Shown piece after piece: positions 43,493 through 57,892 of a stretch of DNA of 64,000 bases (position 1 is the stretch's first letter; each line of letters starts with the position of its first letter). Under the pieces are notes generated by a model, which saw only the letters and a program-made list of their open reading frames with translations, was not told where the DNA came from and searched no databases. Made by a program: the position numbers and the translations under genes. The DNA comes from Octopus vulgaris (lineage: Eukaryota): positions 109,678,001 to 109,742,000 of the forward strand of contig OX597817.1 in assembly GCA_951406725.2 (NCBI GenBank). The letters run 5' to 3'.

Positions 43493-43710
43493 TGTATATG
43501 TTTGTGTGTCAGTGTTTGTCCCCCCCACCATCGCTTGACAACCGATGTTGGTCTGTTTACGTCCCCGTAACTTAGCGGTTCGGAAAAAGCGACCGATAGA
43601 ATAAGTACTAGGCTTACAAATAATAAGTCCTGGGGTCAATTTGTTCGACCAAAGGTGGTGCTCCAGCATGGCCGCAGTCAAGTGACTGAAACAAATAAAA
43701 AAATAAATGA
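43177..43710 (+). mobile_element. SINE family B with a family A fragment inserted in its head
   Basis: The head GCAGGAGTGGCTGTGTGGTAAG resumes as AAGCTTGCTTACCAA after 43340. Confidence 0.87.
43198..43338 (+). mobile_element. 5'-truncated SINE family A nested in a family B head
   Basis: GAGGTCGACTTTGCCTTTCATCC...CTGTGGGCAATAAAGAAA, with TAAGA on both sides as a possible short TSD. Confidence 0.85.
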
Positions 43711-44318
43711 AGAAAAAATTAAAAATTAGATAATAACAAATATTGTTTTAATTTTGTGGACCTAGTACTGTAGACAACTGTAAACACATTTCAGTCTTAT
43801 TATGACCTCATCGTCAAAGCATAGACTGTACATCGCTGAAATAATGACAGTATCATTTAGCAAATTTATATGACTCTAGATAGTTTTATTTAAAAATATG
43901 TAGTTCATAAAACATTCTTCAAAGACCATATCTGCATGTAAAACAATAGTTAATTTACTGATAACATTTAATGCAGGAAGCATTAAAAACTTAACTATGA
44001 ATAATTATAATAGATATAATGAAAATAATATTATTCATTGATTAATATTATTATTCTTTTATGCGTAATTGTTTCCCCTAAACTGCTTAATGTTCCTTGC
44101 ATTTAATTTATTAGCACTAACTTAAATGTTTTTGACGTGAATAACAATAAAACGTCGTGATCCACGAGAATGAATATTTAGTTATTCTCTGTACAGAAGA
44201 CATATCTGTAGTTGAATTGCTCCCAAGAATTAGAATTTCGATGAAAGAGAAACTTATTGCCATGATAGATGAAGAGTTAACTAATGCACTAATTCAGACG
44301 GGACAAATCCTTCTAAAG

Positions 44319-44394
<76 letters not shown>

Positions 44395-45952
44395 ATGATT
44401 GGAGGTCTCGGGTGTTGAAATTGTATACTGGAAACTGATAGACCATATTGATTTAGAATTATTTTTCTTTAATAAGCTATCGGAGGTATTAGATAGGATA
44501 TTTCAATATTTTCCTACTAAATGCACTAGGATCAATGTACACCGTCTGTCATATGTAAGCCCATAGCACACACGAACCCAAGAGCTATATTCAATGCTGC
44601 ACTGTCGTTTCAATTGGGTGAAGTTTCCTAAAATGTTTTCAGTGCTTCACAAGAGATGTAAGAACTTTGATGTAAACACGCAGTTCAATCATTTTTAACA
44701 CACTTTGTACGACTGGCAGACATTTAATGTAATAAATCTTACAATGTGATATAACTTTTACGCTTTACTATTGTCTATCATATTCGCTTCATTTGGTTAT
44801 GATCTTCTCCATTACAATCCATCTTACTGCAAGATCGTACAAATGTTGTCTGATATATGTATTTCTGCTGATCATTCCTTGCCTTAAACATATTTGATAT
44901 TCATATCAGATATAAACTTCACTGTACATGAACTGTTTTACTGTATTTTCATTGTCGTTGTCATGTTCTCTTACCCTAGCTAATGTAGTACATTAAATGC
45001 AATGAAGGTTATTCAATGACTTTATTACTTTTTATTCTTCATAGTATTTATTCTGAAGGCGATTAATGGCAGAATCTGTAGGGAGTCGATTTTATAAAGT
45101 CTCTTCACATTTTGAGCTCAAAACACGGTAAAACATGGCAAAGGTCGATTAAATAAGTGCCACTCAAATCCTGAATCTAATGTAATCAATTATTCCCATC
45201 TTCTAAATGTGTGACCTTATGCCAATGTTAGAAATCATTCTACTTTTTACTTGATATATTGTAGAAAAGTTCGAAGAAAATAAGAAAGGTGGTGCTCCAG
45301 CATGGCCGCAGTCAAGTGACTGAAACAAATAAAAAAATAAATGAAGAAAAAATTAAAAATTAGATAATAACAAATATTGTTTTAATTTTGTGGACCAAGT
45401 ACTGTAGACAACTGTAAACACATTTCAGTCTTATTATGACCTCATCGTCAAAGCATAGACTGTACATCGCTGAAATAATGACAGTATCATTTAGCAAATT
45501 TATATGACTCTAGATAGTTTTATTTAAAAATATGTAGTTCATAAAACATTCTTCAAAGACCATATCTGCATGTAAAACAATAGTTAATTTACTGATAACA
45601 TTTAATGCAGGAAGCATTAAAAACTTAACTATGAATAATTATAATAGATATAATGAAAATAATATTATTCATTGATTAATATTATTATTCTTTTATGCGT
45701 AATTGTTTCCCCTAAACTGCTTAATGTTCCTTGCATTTAATTTATTAGCACTAACTTAAATGTTTTTGACGTGAATAACAATAAAACGTCGTGATCCACG
45801 AGAATGAATATTTAGTTATTCTCTGTACAGAAGACATATCTGTAGTTGAATTGCTCCCAAGAATTAGAATTTCGATGAAAGAGAAACTTATTGCCATGAT
45901 AGATGAAGAGTTAACTAATGCACTAATTCAGACGGGACAAATCCTTCTAAAG

Positions 45953-46026
<74 letters not shown>

Positions 46027-46922
46027 ATGATTGGAGGTCTCGGGTGTTGAAATTGTATACTGGAAACTGATAGACCATATTGATTTAGAATTATTTTTCT
46101 TTAATAAGCTATCGGAGGTATTAGATAGGATATTTCAATATTTTCCTACTAAATGCACTAGGATCAATGTACACCGTCTGTCATATGTAAGCCCATAGCA
46201 CACACGAACCCAAGAGCTATATTCAATGCTGCACTGTCGTTTCAATTGGGTGAAGTTTCCTAAAATGTTTTCAGTGCTTCACAAGAGATGTAAGAACTTT
46301 GATGTAAACACGCAGTTCAATCATTTTTAACACACTTTGTACGACTGGCAGACATTTAATGTAATAAATCTTACAATGTGATATAACTTTTACGCTTTAC
46401 TATTGTCTATCATATTCGCTTCATTTGGTTATGATCTTCTCCATTACAATCCATCTTACTGCAAGATCGTACAAATGTTGTCTGATATATGTATTTCTGC
46501 TGATCATTCCTTGCCTTAAACATATTTGATATTCATATCAGATATAAACTTCACTGTACATGAACTGTTTTACTGTATTTTCATTGTCGTTGTCATGTTC
46601 TCTTACCCTAGCTAATGTAGTACATTAAATGCAATGAAGGTTATTCAATGACTTTATTACTTTTTATTCTTCATAGTATTTATTCTGAAGGCGATTAATG
46701 GCAGAATCTGTAGGGAGTCGATTTTATAAAGTCTCTTCACATTTTGAGCTCAAAACACGGTAAAACATGGCAAAGGTCGATTAAATAAGTGCCACTCAAA
46801 TCCTGAATCTAATGTAATCAATTATTCCCATCTTCTAAATGTGTGACCTTATGCCAATGTTAGAAATCATTCTACTTTTTACTTGATATATTGTAGAAAA
46901 GATAGAGCTTCGAAGAAAATAA
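43651..46922 (+). repeat. Head-to-tail tandem duplication, unit 1634 bp (43651-45284 and 45285-46922)
   Basis: AAAGGTGGTGCTCCAGCATGG starts at 43651 and 45285. Duplicated ORF starts at 44157 and 45791 are 1634 apart. The copies are near-identical. Confidence 0.95.
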
Positions 46923-46943
46923 CATTCAATATTTCACCAAGTC

Positions 46944-47150
46944 TCGCAGAAAAGTTAGCACGCCGGGCGAAGTTCTTCGCAATATTTCGTCAATCTTTAC
47001 GTTCAGATTTCAAATTCCGCCGAGGTCAACTTAGCCTTTTATTCTTTCTGAGTCCATAAATTAAGTGCCAGTTGCGTTGTGGGGTCGATCTAAACGACTG
47101 GCCTCCTCCCCTAAAATTTCGAGCCTTGTTCCAAGACTAGAGAAGAATAT
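46944..47150 (+). mobile_element. SINE family A, short-tail variant
   Basis: GCAGAAAAGTTAGCACGCCGGGCGAA...TCAAATTCCGCCGAGGTCAAC...CCTAAAATTTCGAGCCTTG. Confidence 0.85.
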
Positions 47151-47321
47151 TTCACTTCAAATGAGGTCGTGTTTCCATGTGATTCTTCTGGGATCGATAA
47201 ATTAGTAGTCAAATACTGAGGGAGATTACCATTGATTGTGCATCTGACTCCTAATAAAATGGTGAGTTTTTACCAAATATATAATTCGTTATGATTAGTT
47301 TCTCTAAGACACTAACAGTAA

Positions 47322-47362
<41 letters not shown>

Positions 47363-47769
47363 CTATCTGTCTACCTATATATCTTTCTCACTCTCTCTCT
47401 CTCTATCTCTCTATCTATCTATCTATCCCGGTATCTCTATCTATCTAGCTTTCTATATACTGCTTTTTCTTTTGTACATTCATATTCTTACATCTTCACT
47501 ATCTTTCCTTCTTTTTCTGATCACATACATATATGCTATATGAGCCAAAATCTGAAAAGTAAAGTCTTTGGAAATTATAAAACGACAAGGAAGTTCTACC
47601 TTTGTTAAATCTGCAGTCAATTTAATGCTGCACAGTATTTTAATGGTTGGTTCTTATTCCAGTGACTGAGAAGGAACATAAAGGGAGATAATTATACACG
47701 GTAAGACTTTATCTGAAGTTTTGCCAATTCTACGATCAACTATATATATAATTATTGCTACTTACAGCG

Positions 47770-48400
47770 TCACAAAGCCAGAAATTTGGCAGGGAGGGAA
47801 CTAAATATTATATAAACTCCCTTACTTGACTGATACCTTACCTCACCGACCTCGGAAAGATAAAAATCGAATTCGAGCTCGGTAGGATCGGAACTCAGAA
47901 CGAAAAAAGTTGCAACTAAATAATAGCGCTTCTGGTATCCACTTATACGATTCTACTAACAGACAACGGCTACCCAAAATATGAGAACTAATTACTGTCT
48001 CTAATATAGGCAAAGAATTGAAATTTGGGGGAGTAGATAATCAATTATATCGAGCCCAGTATTTGACTGGTACTTTACTTTATCGAGCCCATATGAGAGA
48101 TAAGTTTGCTTTCGATGAGATTTCAACTCAAAACTGAAAGAGCTGGAATAAATACCATAGTGTAAAGAACCAGAACAAATAATAAGATACGTATTTCTCA
48201 TGTAATAATTATTTTTTACACAGGCACAAGGGGGTAAGAGAAATTTGGTGGGAAAAACTGTTAACTATATGAAATACAATAATTGACTGGTACTTTATTT
48301 GATCGACCCTAAAAGAGTGAAAGATACTTTCGCCCTCGGTGGGATTAGAACCTGAAACTAAATAACTTGATTTAGTTTCTTAATGCTTCACCAATACCGT
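47770..48400 (-). mobile_element. Cluster of three old family A-like SINE relics
   Basis: Repeated TGACTGGTACTTTA...TCGA.CC...AACTCA.AAC motifs at about 47830, 48065 and 48285. Confidence 0.6.
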
Positions 48401-48928
48401 GTCCTTCATCACCTTGGAATATAATATAATTACAATTTTAGAAATCTTCAGACATAAATATTTACACAGCTTTCGTACCTAATAGCATGTTTTCCGAAAA
48501 CCATGGACATTGCTTTTCCATTCTGAAGAGTATAAAGAACTATGTTTATAAACGGGTATAAGCGCACGGATTTGCATGTTTTTCCTTCTTGTTATATTTT
48601 TTTATTTTAACATCGTTTGGTCTTTATTACTTTTTATTACTTTTTATTTTTACTTTTTTATTTCCTCAGTTCTTAACACAACCTTGCTAACGTACAACTT
48701 TGCATTCAAGCAAGTTTTCTATCATGAATATTTCTTTTGTCCTCAACTAAATTCTTACAAGTGTAAATTCGTTTCTTATTTGTATTTTATGCCACGCAGA
48801 TTTTATTGCTACTTTCTCCTTCAATCTATACAAACCTCCACAGCAATCCATTTATTTCTGTTACATGTAATAAGCTTACCCTTATGTTAACGTGCAGAAG
48901 TAGCATTTTTTGTATACATGTAAGTGTT

Positions 48929-49173
<245 letters not shown>

Positions 49174-50372
49174 AATCCACATACATATATATCTGTATTC
49201 GTGACTATTTCGGTGAAGCACACAAAAAGGAAAACACTATATAAATATAAGATGAGACTTGCATTGTTTCAGTGTTAAAATCACAGAATACATAATTACA
49301 TATCCGTCCATGTTTGAACAAATCTTAACTAAGTAGGTGTGTGCGGCCAAATATACATGGCTCTGTATATTTCATATGATAAACACTAGCAATCTCAGAA
49401 TAGTTTTTCAGTCTTATTTTATCTTACAAGGAACTGTATGCATTTATTCCAGGAAGAAGTACTACAGAAAACAACGGAAAACACTTTACACAGTGGTAAA
49501 CTGATTTCCAATAATATTGATTTATACTTTAGGTATTCGGTAAATCGCTTGCGACACGGTACTAGGCCAGCTACTTTGATTTTACACTATTAATAGGAAT
49601 TATTTTATCGTTACTGGAGGGGACTAAAGATGAGAGAACCCTTGTGATATTTGAATTTTAAAAAACAACCTGAAGGTACAAAGCTAAATACTATGAGAGT
49701 AGTGATTTTACTTACCACGGAGCAGACGTAACTGAGCTTATCTGCTCAAAGGCATTCAAGTTAAGGCTAATCCCTTTTCTCATGAATATCAAGGACTATA
49801 TTGTACTCTATTAACTGTGGTAAAGTATTATTTGAGAAAAAGAAGATTACTATTTGTTGCAGCTTTAGCGACTACTTCGAGGCTTCATCGACTGTTCAAA
49901 ATATTATAACTCGTTCAAGATATCACTCTACACTTTCTAGAAGATCACTACCATTTTGCTTTGACTAAATAACAAAACCAAGATTTCTTAGGGAGAAGAT
50001 ACAGATGATTGATAGGAGGACAATATATTACCGGCATGTATTTTATCGACCTCAGAGAAATGTAATGACAAAGTCAATTGAGTGAGACTTGGATACGTAA
50101 AGAATAGATAATGGAGTCCAAAAGTTAATTGAACGTGTGTTTAGAATAGTACACTATTCTGGAAACAGAATTGTCTGCATAATATCATTTCAAGCCAGTC
50201 AGAAGAACAAATTTAGGGAAAGATATTTATTTTAGACTAATTCCATATTCAGGAAATAGGATATATCAATCCGTACAAATAAACACACGTGCATCTAATG
50301 CATATACACACAAATACACATATCTATATGTGTGTGTATGTGTATATATGTACAAATATATCTATATGGATG

Positions 50373-50421
<49 letters not shown>

Positions 50422-50751
50422 GCACAAACACGGAAATACAAACATGTACACTTGATAACAAGTAAGAAGACACATAAACACATGTACTCCGCAGGTTTCA
50501 ATGTAATTAGTCGTAGCGGGGTATTTTCCCACCACACAGCTCGTACACATGACGATGTATTCTATATACAAATGTTCGTATAAATTGTGAACTATTTTAG
50601 ACTTTGGACATTAAGATTATGCAGTGTAAAAAATAAACGGACAGAGCAAACTTTTACTATACGATATACAGGAATTATGCACAATCTTACCTCTTGACAA
50701 ATCTCCTGCGAGAGTTATACATACGTACCTACATACATACATGCATACATT

Positions 50752-50812
<61 letters not shown>

Positions 50813-50939
50813 GTATGTATGTATATATACATATGTGTGTGTATATATACATATGTGTGTGTGTGTATATATATATACATCCATATATATGTATAGGGCG
50901 AACACATACGCAAACACACATACATATACCCTCACGCTT

Positions 50940-50976
<37 letters not shown>

Positions 50977-50981
<5 letters not shown>

Positions 50982-52055
50982 ATCAAGGAACGGCCATAAT
51001 AGGCCGATCACCCACTAGAAATAACAGCCAAAGCTTCAACCGCAAATAAAAGTTAATTCTATAAACCAGGAGAAAATTTAAAAAACATTTACCCTGTAAT
51101 TTCTTATACGGTATACCGTTTCATCTGCTGATTAATGGTAAACTAACCTGATTAAATTAAATCAAGCCAATCTTCCACAGGCCCTCAGAATCTTCAGTAA
51201 GAAATAGCCCAAGACGGAGCAGATATTTTCACGAGGCATTTCCGACCTTGCCAAGTTTATATCTGACCTAAAATTTTCAAATCGTCGCACTCGCGCCAAA
51301 TTTATCGGCAGCAAATAAATATAAGCCGTCGATCCATTACGGAATTAACCAGAAAATTCATAATTAATCAATATAGGGTGGCAAAAAAATTTTGTAGAAT
51401 TCTTTTGCCACCAGCGGCCTAGTAGGAAAAAATTAAATAGTCATAGACCATTTTTAAGTTCAACATCAAACAATCAAGGAACGGCCATAATAGGCCGTTC
51501 ACCCACTAGAAATAACAGCCAAAGCTTCAACCGCAAATAAAAGTTAATTCTATAAACCAGGAGAAAATTTAAAAAACATTTACCCTGTAATTTCTTATAC
51601 GGTATACCGTTTCATCTGCTGATTAATGGTAAACTAACCTGATTAAATTAAATCAAGCCAATCTTCCACAGGCCCTCAGAATCTTCAGTAAGAAATAGCC
51701 CAAGACGGAGCAGATATTTTCACGAGGCATTTCCGACCTTGCCAAGTTTATATCTGACCTAAAATTTTCAAATCGTCGCACTCGCGCCAAATTTATCGGC
51801 AGCAAATAAATATAAGCCGTCGATTCCATTACGGAATTAACCAGAAAATTCATAATTAATCAATATATTTGCGGTTTTATTTGCGGTTGAAGCTTTGGCT
51901 GTTATTTCTAGTGGGTGAACGGCCTATTATGGCCGTTCCTTGATTGTTTGATGTTGAACTTAAAAATGGTCTATGACTATTTAATTTGGTGGCAAAAGAA
52001 TTCTACTGGTGGCAGAATTCCGCTGGTGCAAAGAATTCTACAAAATTTATATTGA

Positions 52056-52060
<5 letters not shown>
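50977..52060. repeat. 491-bp tandem unit (about 1.8 copies) followed by inverted fragments, embedded in (TA)n
   Basis: AAACAATCAAGGAACGGCC starts at 50977 and 51468. About 51875-51988 is the reverse complement of about 51430-51543. 51989-52060 contains inverted pieces of 51360-51415. Confidence 0.92.
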
Positions 52061-52120
<60 letters not shown>

Positions 52121-52166
52121 TATTTATACAGTGATGTAAATTTGAATGTACAGATTTATGTTTAAG

Positions 52167-52246
<80 letters not shown>

Positions 52247-52894
52247 TATGTATGTTTGCGTAAGGTGTATAGGCACAGCGGCTACAATGTCGAAAAGAAT
52301 GATGCGCGGTGTACTTGCTAGCCCTGCGCTCTGTGTTCATCTACCACCGAGGTTAACTCTGCGTTCCACCCTTTCGCAGTCGCTAAGTAAACTACCAACC
52401 CAGTGTAGAGATTGTTTAACATACCCTCCATCTCTCTCTCATCTCTCACCTCGTCTCTCTCTCATCTCTCTGTCTTTCTCTCTCTCATCTCTCTGCCTCT
52501 CTCTCTCTCTTTCTCACTTTACTCTCACTTTACTCTATTCTTTACTCTCACTTTACTCTATTTCTTTCTCCTTCACTCTCACTCTTTTTCTCCTTTAAAG
52601 AAACGGGATGTGCTATAGACTTGGAGTAGGTGTATTCCGACAAGTTTAAAATGCACTAGAGATGCCGTATGTAGCCACGTCGTCTCACAACTCTTTCAGA
52701 AGTTGAATTTTTCCAAAGTCGATATGCCGTTAATATGCTTATTGCCTGGAGATATGAAGAAAAATATGAAACCTAGTTTCGTCTCAGTAGGCGTCATAAA
52801 CACGACAAATGGCCTAATCTGTCGTACTTATCCAAGAGACATAGACATATACAAAAAGTGTAGAGCACATTTATTGCCTACTCATCTTTTGTCT

Positions 52895-53128
52895 TTTATT
52901 TTTCACTTGTTTCAGTCATTCGACTTCGGCCAGACTGGAGCACCTCCTTCAAATGTTTAGTCGAAAAAATCAAGACCAGTACTTGTTTTTTAAGCCTTTT
53001 ACTTACTTTACCGTTTCTTATTTTTATACTGAACCGCTGTGTTACGTGGACGTAACCAAGCCAACACCGGTTGCCATGTGATAGTGGTGGGATAAACATA
53101 AGCACAAAGACAGGGACACATGGATATA

Positions 53129-53218
<90 letters not shown>

Positions 53219-53484
53219 AAAAGGAAATATCCAAAGAAGGGAAGACGGAGGAAAAAAATCGCCAACGGTACACACGATGTCACATTTGTATATATATGTA
53301 CACACATATATATATAAACACACACGTTGGTCTTCTTTCAGCTTCCGTCGACGAAATCCACCCAAAAGGGTTTCATCGGTTCGAGGCTATATCAGAAGGC
53401 ACTTGCTCAATGTGCCAGCAGTGGGACTAAACTTAGAAGCATATAGTTTGGAAGCAAGCTACTTAAAGAACTCCACGCCTGCGT
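52895..53484 (-). mobile_element. SINE family B whose internal (TA)n also carries a fragment of the 15265 element
   Basis: CACTTGTTTCAGTCATT tail and TTCTTTCAGCTTCCGTC core. The insert GAAGACGGAGGAAAAAAATCGCCAACG at about 53216-53288 resembles 15400-15470. Confidence 0.78.
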
Positions 53485-56483
53485 AAATTTAACAAAATGA
53501 GCTGAGAGATTTTGTGACCATTTGCATCTATTTGAAGAATATAGCCAAATACAAGTATATCTAACACCATACAACATAAATTCTTGATTTACTAAAACTA
53601 CATCTGCACTTGAGGATGTATCACAATTCTCAAATGGCAGCTACGGCAATTCCATATGGGAAAGGTTGATAATCTCCGGATTCAAGTATTCCCCGAAGTT
53701 GAAATGCCATTGCGGAAACGGACAAGGTTATTGTCTGGAGATAAGATGACAGTCGTAACATAAACACACACAAACACACGCATACACAGTCATACACATA
53801 TGTACACAACATACTCACGTACGCACGCGCACATGCACACATACACGCACACGCATACAAACACACATACACTTACACACACACAACACATATATATTTA
53901 TAAAATATCAGTTGTACAATTCTACTGCTTAATAAATTTTAAACCATATCAGCACCGCGTGTTATTGTATTTTTAACTAATAGTTTATTGCTAGTCAAAT
54001 CGCATTTTTCAATTATCACTTCTATCCTCTTAAACAGTACGGTGTCATAACAAGACGAATGTGATATGCGAGTTGATTTAAAGGCTAAATGCATAGAGAC
54101 ACTAGCGATACCGACAATTTAAAGTCGATATTACCATAAGAAATACTACAGACATTTAACAGGTCGTATATTTCCTCGGTAACAAGAAAATAATCCTATG
54201 AACACTGAACATCATCTCTGAATATCTCCTTGTGTGCTGTGAAGATGATAAATAGGCGCGTAATAGTTATGGAACAAAAGCATCTTTTGTTATAAGTTCT
54301 TGTTCAATGATGAATTCCTCGTTAAATCTTGTGACACAATCTTTACAGAGTAACTTGAATATAAATGGTTGCGTGCTCTCAAGAAAGAGACAACCGATTA
54401 ACACGTATTTGGCATATCATTTAAAAACAATGGATCACTTAAAATGAAATAATTCTTTTGAGCTTTCAGTATATAAACAGATACGACATATAGTCAAAAA
54501 GATATAAATATCCTCGTGTGGAACAGCTTAAATGTGCAATAGAGAAATGAACAACAGCGATTTAATGCATCATATAACAAAAAGAAAAACAGCTAGGTTT
54601 TCTTACGTGTAGTTCCCATTTCGGTTACATTAAGGAGATATTCTAAAGACATTTCACTAATGCACTAAAGTCGTGAACATAGCGCGACTACATAAAGGAA
54701 TATACATTAAAGATGCAACATGGCTTATCATTGTTATAATACAAGAGCAAACAAGGGAACATCTACAAGGTACTTTGATATGCTAAATAGAGAAAGTAAA
54801 TTTTCACAATTTTCCGCATTTTTAAAACCAAATAGTCGCAGATATGAAAAAGAAATTACTGCGGCTAGAGCGCCTTTTCATAATAGATTAGCCCAGCTAT
54901 GGATAATTTTCGGCTAAACCACTGTGGAAAAGATGGCCTAAACAGTAGATTTTCATTATCATAATATCCTGTGTCATGAGTATTTAGTTGTTTGAATACT
55001 CGTTGAATTAGGATGTAAGTGACTGAGTATTACAGACTCGTGTATTTTTAACATAATTCTTGAGCAGAATCAGTGTGTCAGTGTGTGTAACAAGGTTGTA
55101 CGTTTGAATTACAAATGCAATCTAATTGACGGCAGTCCACGCAGTTTCCGTCCACCCAACTTCACTCACAAGCTTGGCTTGACCTAAGAATATGGTAAAA
55201 GACACTTGACTCGCAGTGGGATCTCGTAACTACGTAGCGAATTTTGTTTGTAGCCGTTCGGCTATGCTGAGTCTGCTGATGCATAATAACAACGAAAGCA
55301 CAATATATCAACTTGCGTTATGTTTATATATATTATATATATTTTTAATTTCTGTTTAGAAAGTACGATCAGACAGGAATATATTACTTTGAGTCGATAT
55401 ATAAAGGACAAGAGCTACTGTATCATTTCTCTATGAAACAACCATAAATGTCACATATAATAGCAACGACATTGTCTATGAGAGATAAAAAGAAGCGGGA
55501 CTACATGTGGTTGATCAACATTCTAGAAATAGCAGCCAAATCTCCCTCATTTACACCTAATAACTTTTAAAAGTAAATGACAAAGTGATCATATAGCTTA
55601 GATAAACAACACCCAAGATGAAAAAAAAAAGAAAACGAAGTGGAATGAGATTAATTATAGTTCTCACCAAACAAGACTTGCATAGTGATAAACAACAGCA
55701 GCAGCAACAAAACCAACAACAGCAGCAACAAAAGAAAACTACCGCAGCAACGACAATAACATTTTGTATCAGCCATTTTATAGTGTCGGTATAGATTGTG
55801 GGTTTGCACTTACAACTATTTGTGCACAAGGTGACAACATGTTGAAAGCTTAACAATGATCCGTATGCGCATATTCACACTTTGCTGTTTCGATCTGTCA
55901 GCAAAGAAGATGTCAAAGAATGTGAGGTATTTCATACAATCAGCTATTTAAATACAAACTGTTGATTACCAGAAAAGTTAACGACATGCCGTCAGCAGAG
56001 ATATTTTAATTTATAACGGGATACAACATAACATCATAAACAACAACGTTAGTTAAATACAAGCACGGACACAGACATGCGCACACACAGACTCACACAC
56101 TCGTGGATTCACATATACACGGGAAAGCACACATATATATGTATGCGTCTGTACAAGTAATATATAATGCTCTATAACATAGCACAATAACGTGTTCCCT
56201 GTTGATTCGTGTGGTTAAGAATCCAATTGCACTTGGAATATCTAATGCAGAGTTCTAAATAAAAACAACACGAAACATACGTAGCAACAAATTATATAAA
56301 CTTGTGTTTGGTGTAATTTCACCTACATTTTCTCTGCTTATCGTGACTAGTAATACTACTTAGTATAGAAGCTGCTTAACCATAATGCTGGAAGTCGACT
56401 GGGCGATAATAGTCTAAGTGGAACTCTAAACTTAACAGTAGCGATCATACATTTATTTGTGTGTGTGTGTGTGCGTTATATGC

Positions 56484-56700
<217 letters not shown>

Positions 56701-57104
56701 AATATTTACACACATTCACACATATATTATATGCCGAAGAAAGAGTGAAGACAACGCCTAGTTGCGAACATTGGCGGAGACTTATGAAAGAAGAAAAGAG
56801 TATATGTTTCGGAATCAAAAAGAGAGAAAACTATAAGACGGGAAGATAGAGAAAGCTGGGGTAAAGTTATTACGAATTGGCCAACAATATTTTGTAATAT
56901 CAGTGGACATTAGTCTAAAAGTCCACAATAGTGCAAATATCTATTCATAAAGTTTCATTGTTAAATTTATTTTTAAAATACACTTCTTGTTACTATATCA
57001 TGCAATTTTGGAAATAGTTGCATGCGTTTGCGTGTGTGTACTAAGGGCTTCCATCCAGTTTCTGTCTACTGAATGGCTTGAACAAACCGTTTACATAGAC
57101 AAAT

Positions 57105-57730
57105 GCAGTTATATCATAGAACATGAATTTTTGATTTCATAAAAGTGTCTCTGCTTCTAGGGGATATGTCACAATTACCAAATGGCAATTGAGACATGTA
57201 CTATATGAGAAGGGGAGATAACCTCAATAATTAAATATTTCTCCACGACTGACATGCCATTTAGAAAAAGAAGAGACTTATTCGCTGGATGTAGTAGGAA
57301 TTTTCATCGATACTTGTTTCTGCTTTTATAGGCATCATCAGCACCACACCCGTCCAACCTTATTTCCAGTACTGACATAATACATTTATGGTGAATGTAA
57401 TTTGTATGATTAAACAAAAATTAGCTAAGACAGGTAAACCGTAGTGACCAGAAGCTTGTATATGAACAATGTAGTACATCAAATGTTATATAACGTAAGT
57501 TCTTGATTAATGAAAATTATCTCCGCTTCTGGAGGATGTGTCGCAATCATCAAATGGCAAATTAGAGGCTTCATAACTTGTAATCAAAACCAGGTTCATA
57601 TGATAATGGGAGGTACACTCATAAGCCAGAATTCTCTACAGTTGACATGACATTAAGGTAAGTGGCAAGCTTATTACCTGAATATGTATGAATAGTCATT
57701 AATTCATACTTTTTGCATATGTCTAATCAA
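57105..57730. repeat. Diverged tandem duplication, period about 370-395 bp
   Basis: TCTCTGCTTCTAGGGGATATGTCACAATTACCAAATGGCAA (57148) versus TCTCCGCTTCTGGAGGATGTGTCGCAATCATCAAATGGCAA (57520). TGACATG.CATT.AG occurs in both copies. Confidence 0.75.
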
Positions 57731-57814
57731 TGGGGAAACATTTTTTGTATCACTAATTTAATGGCACCCAGTAAAGCAGAAACATGTATGTAATATATGT
57801 ATATATATACATGT

Positions 57815-57880
<66 letters not shown>

Positions 57881-57892
57881 GCAAAAGTGGAT

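Noticed and set aside
44157-44438. Duplicated ORF MIHENEYLV... as a gene pair
   Set aside because: GTG start, runs into (TA)n, and is repeated only because of the tandem duplication.
51100-51125. GAAACGG-TATA-CCGTA (hammerhead stem III-like) in the 491-bp unit
   Set aside because: No CUGANGA box or stem II on either side.
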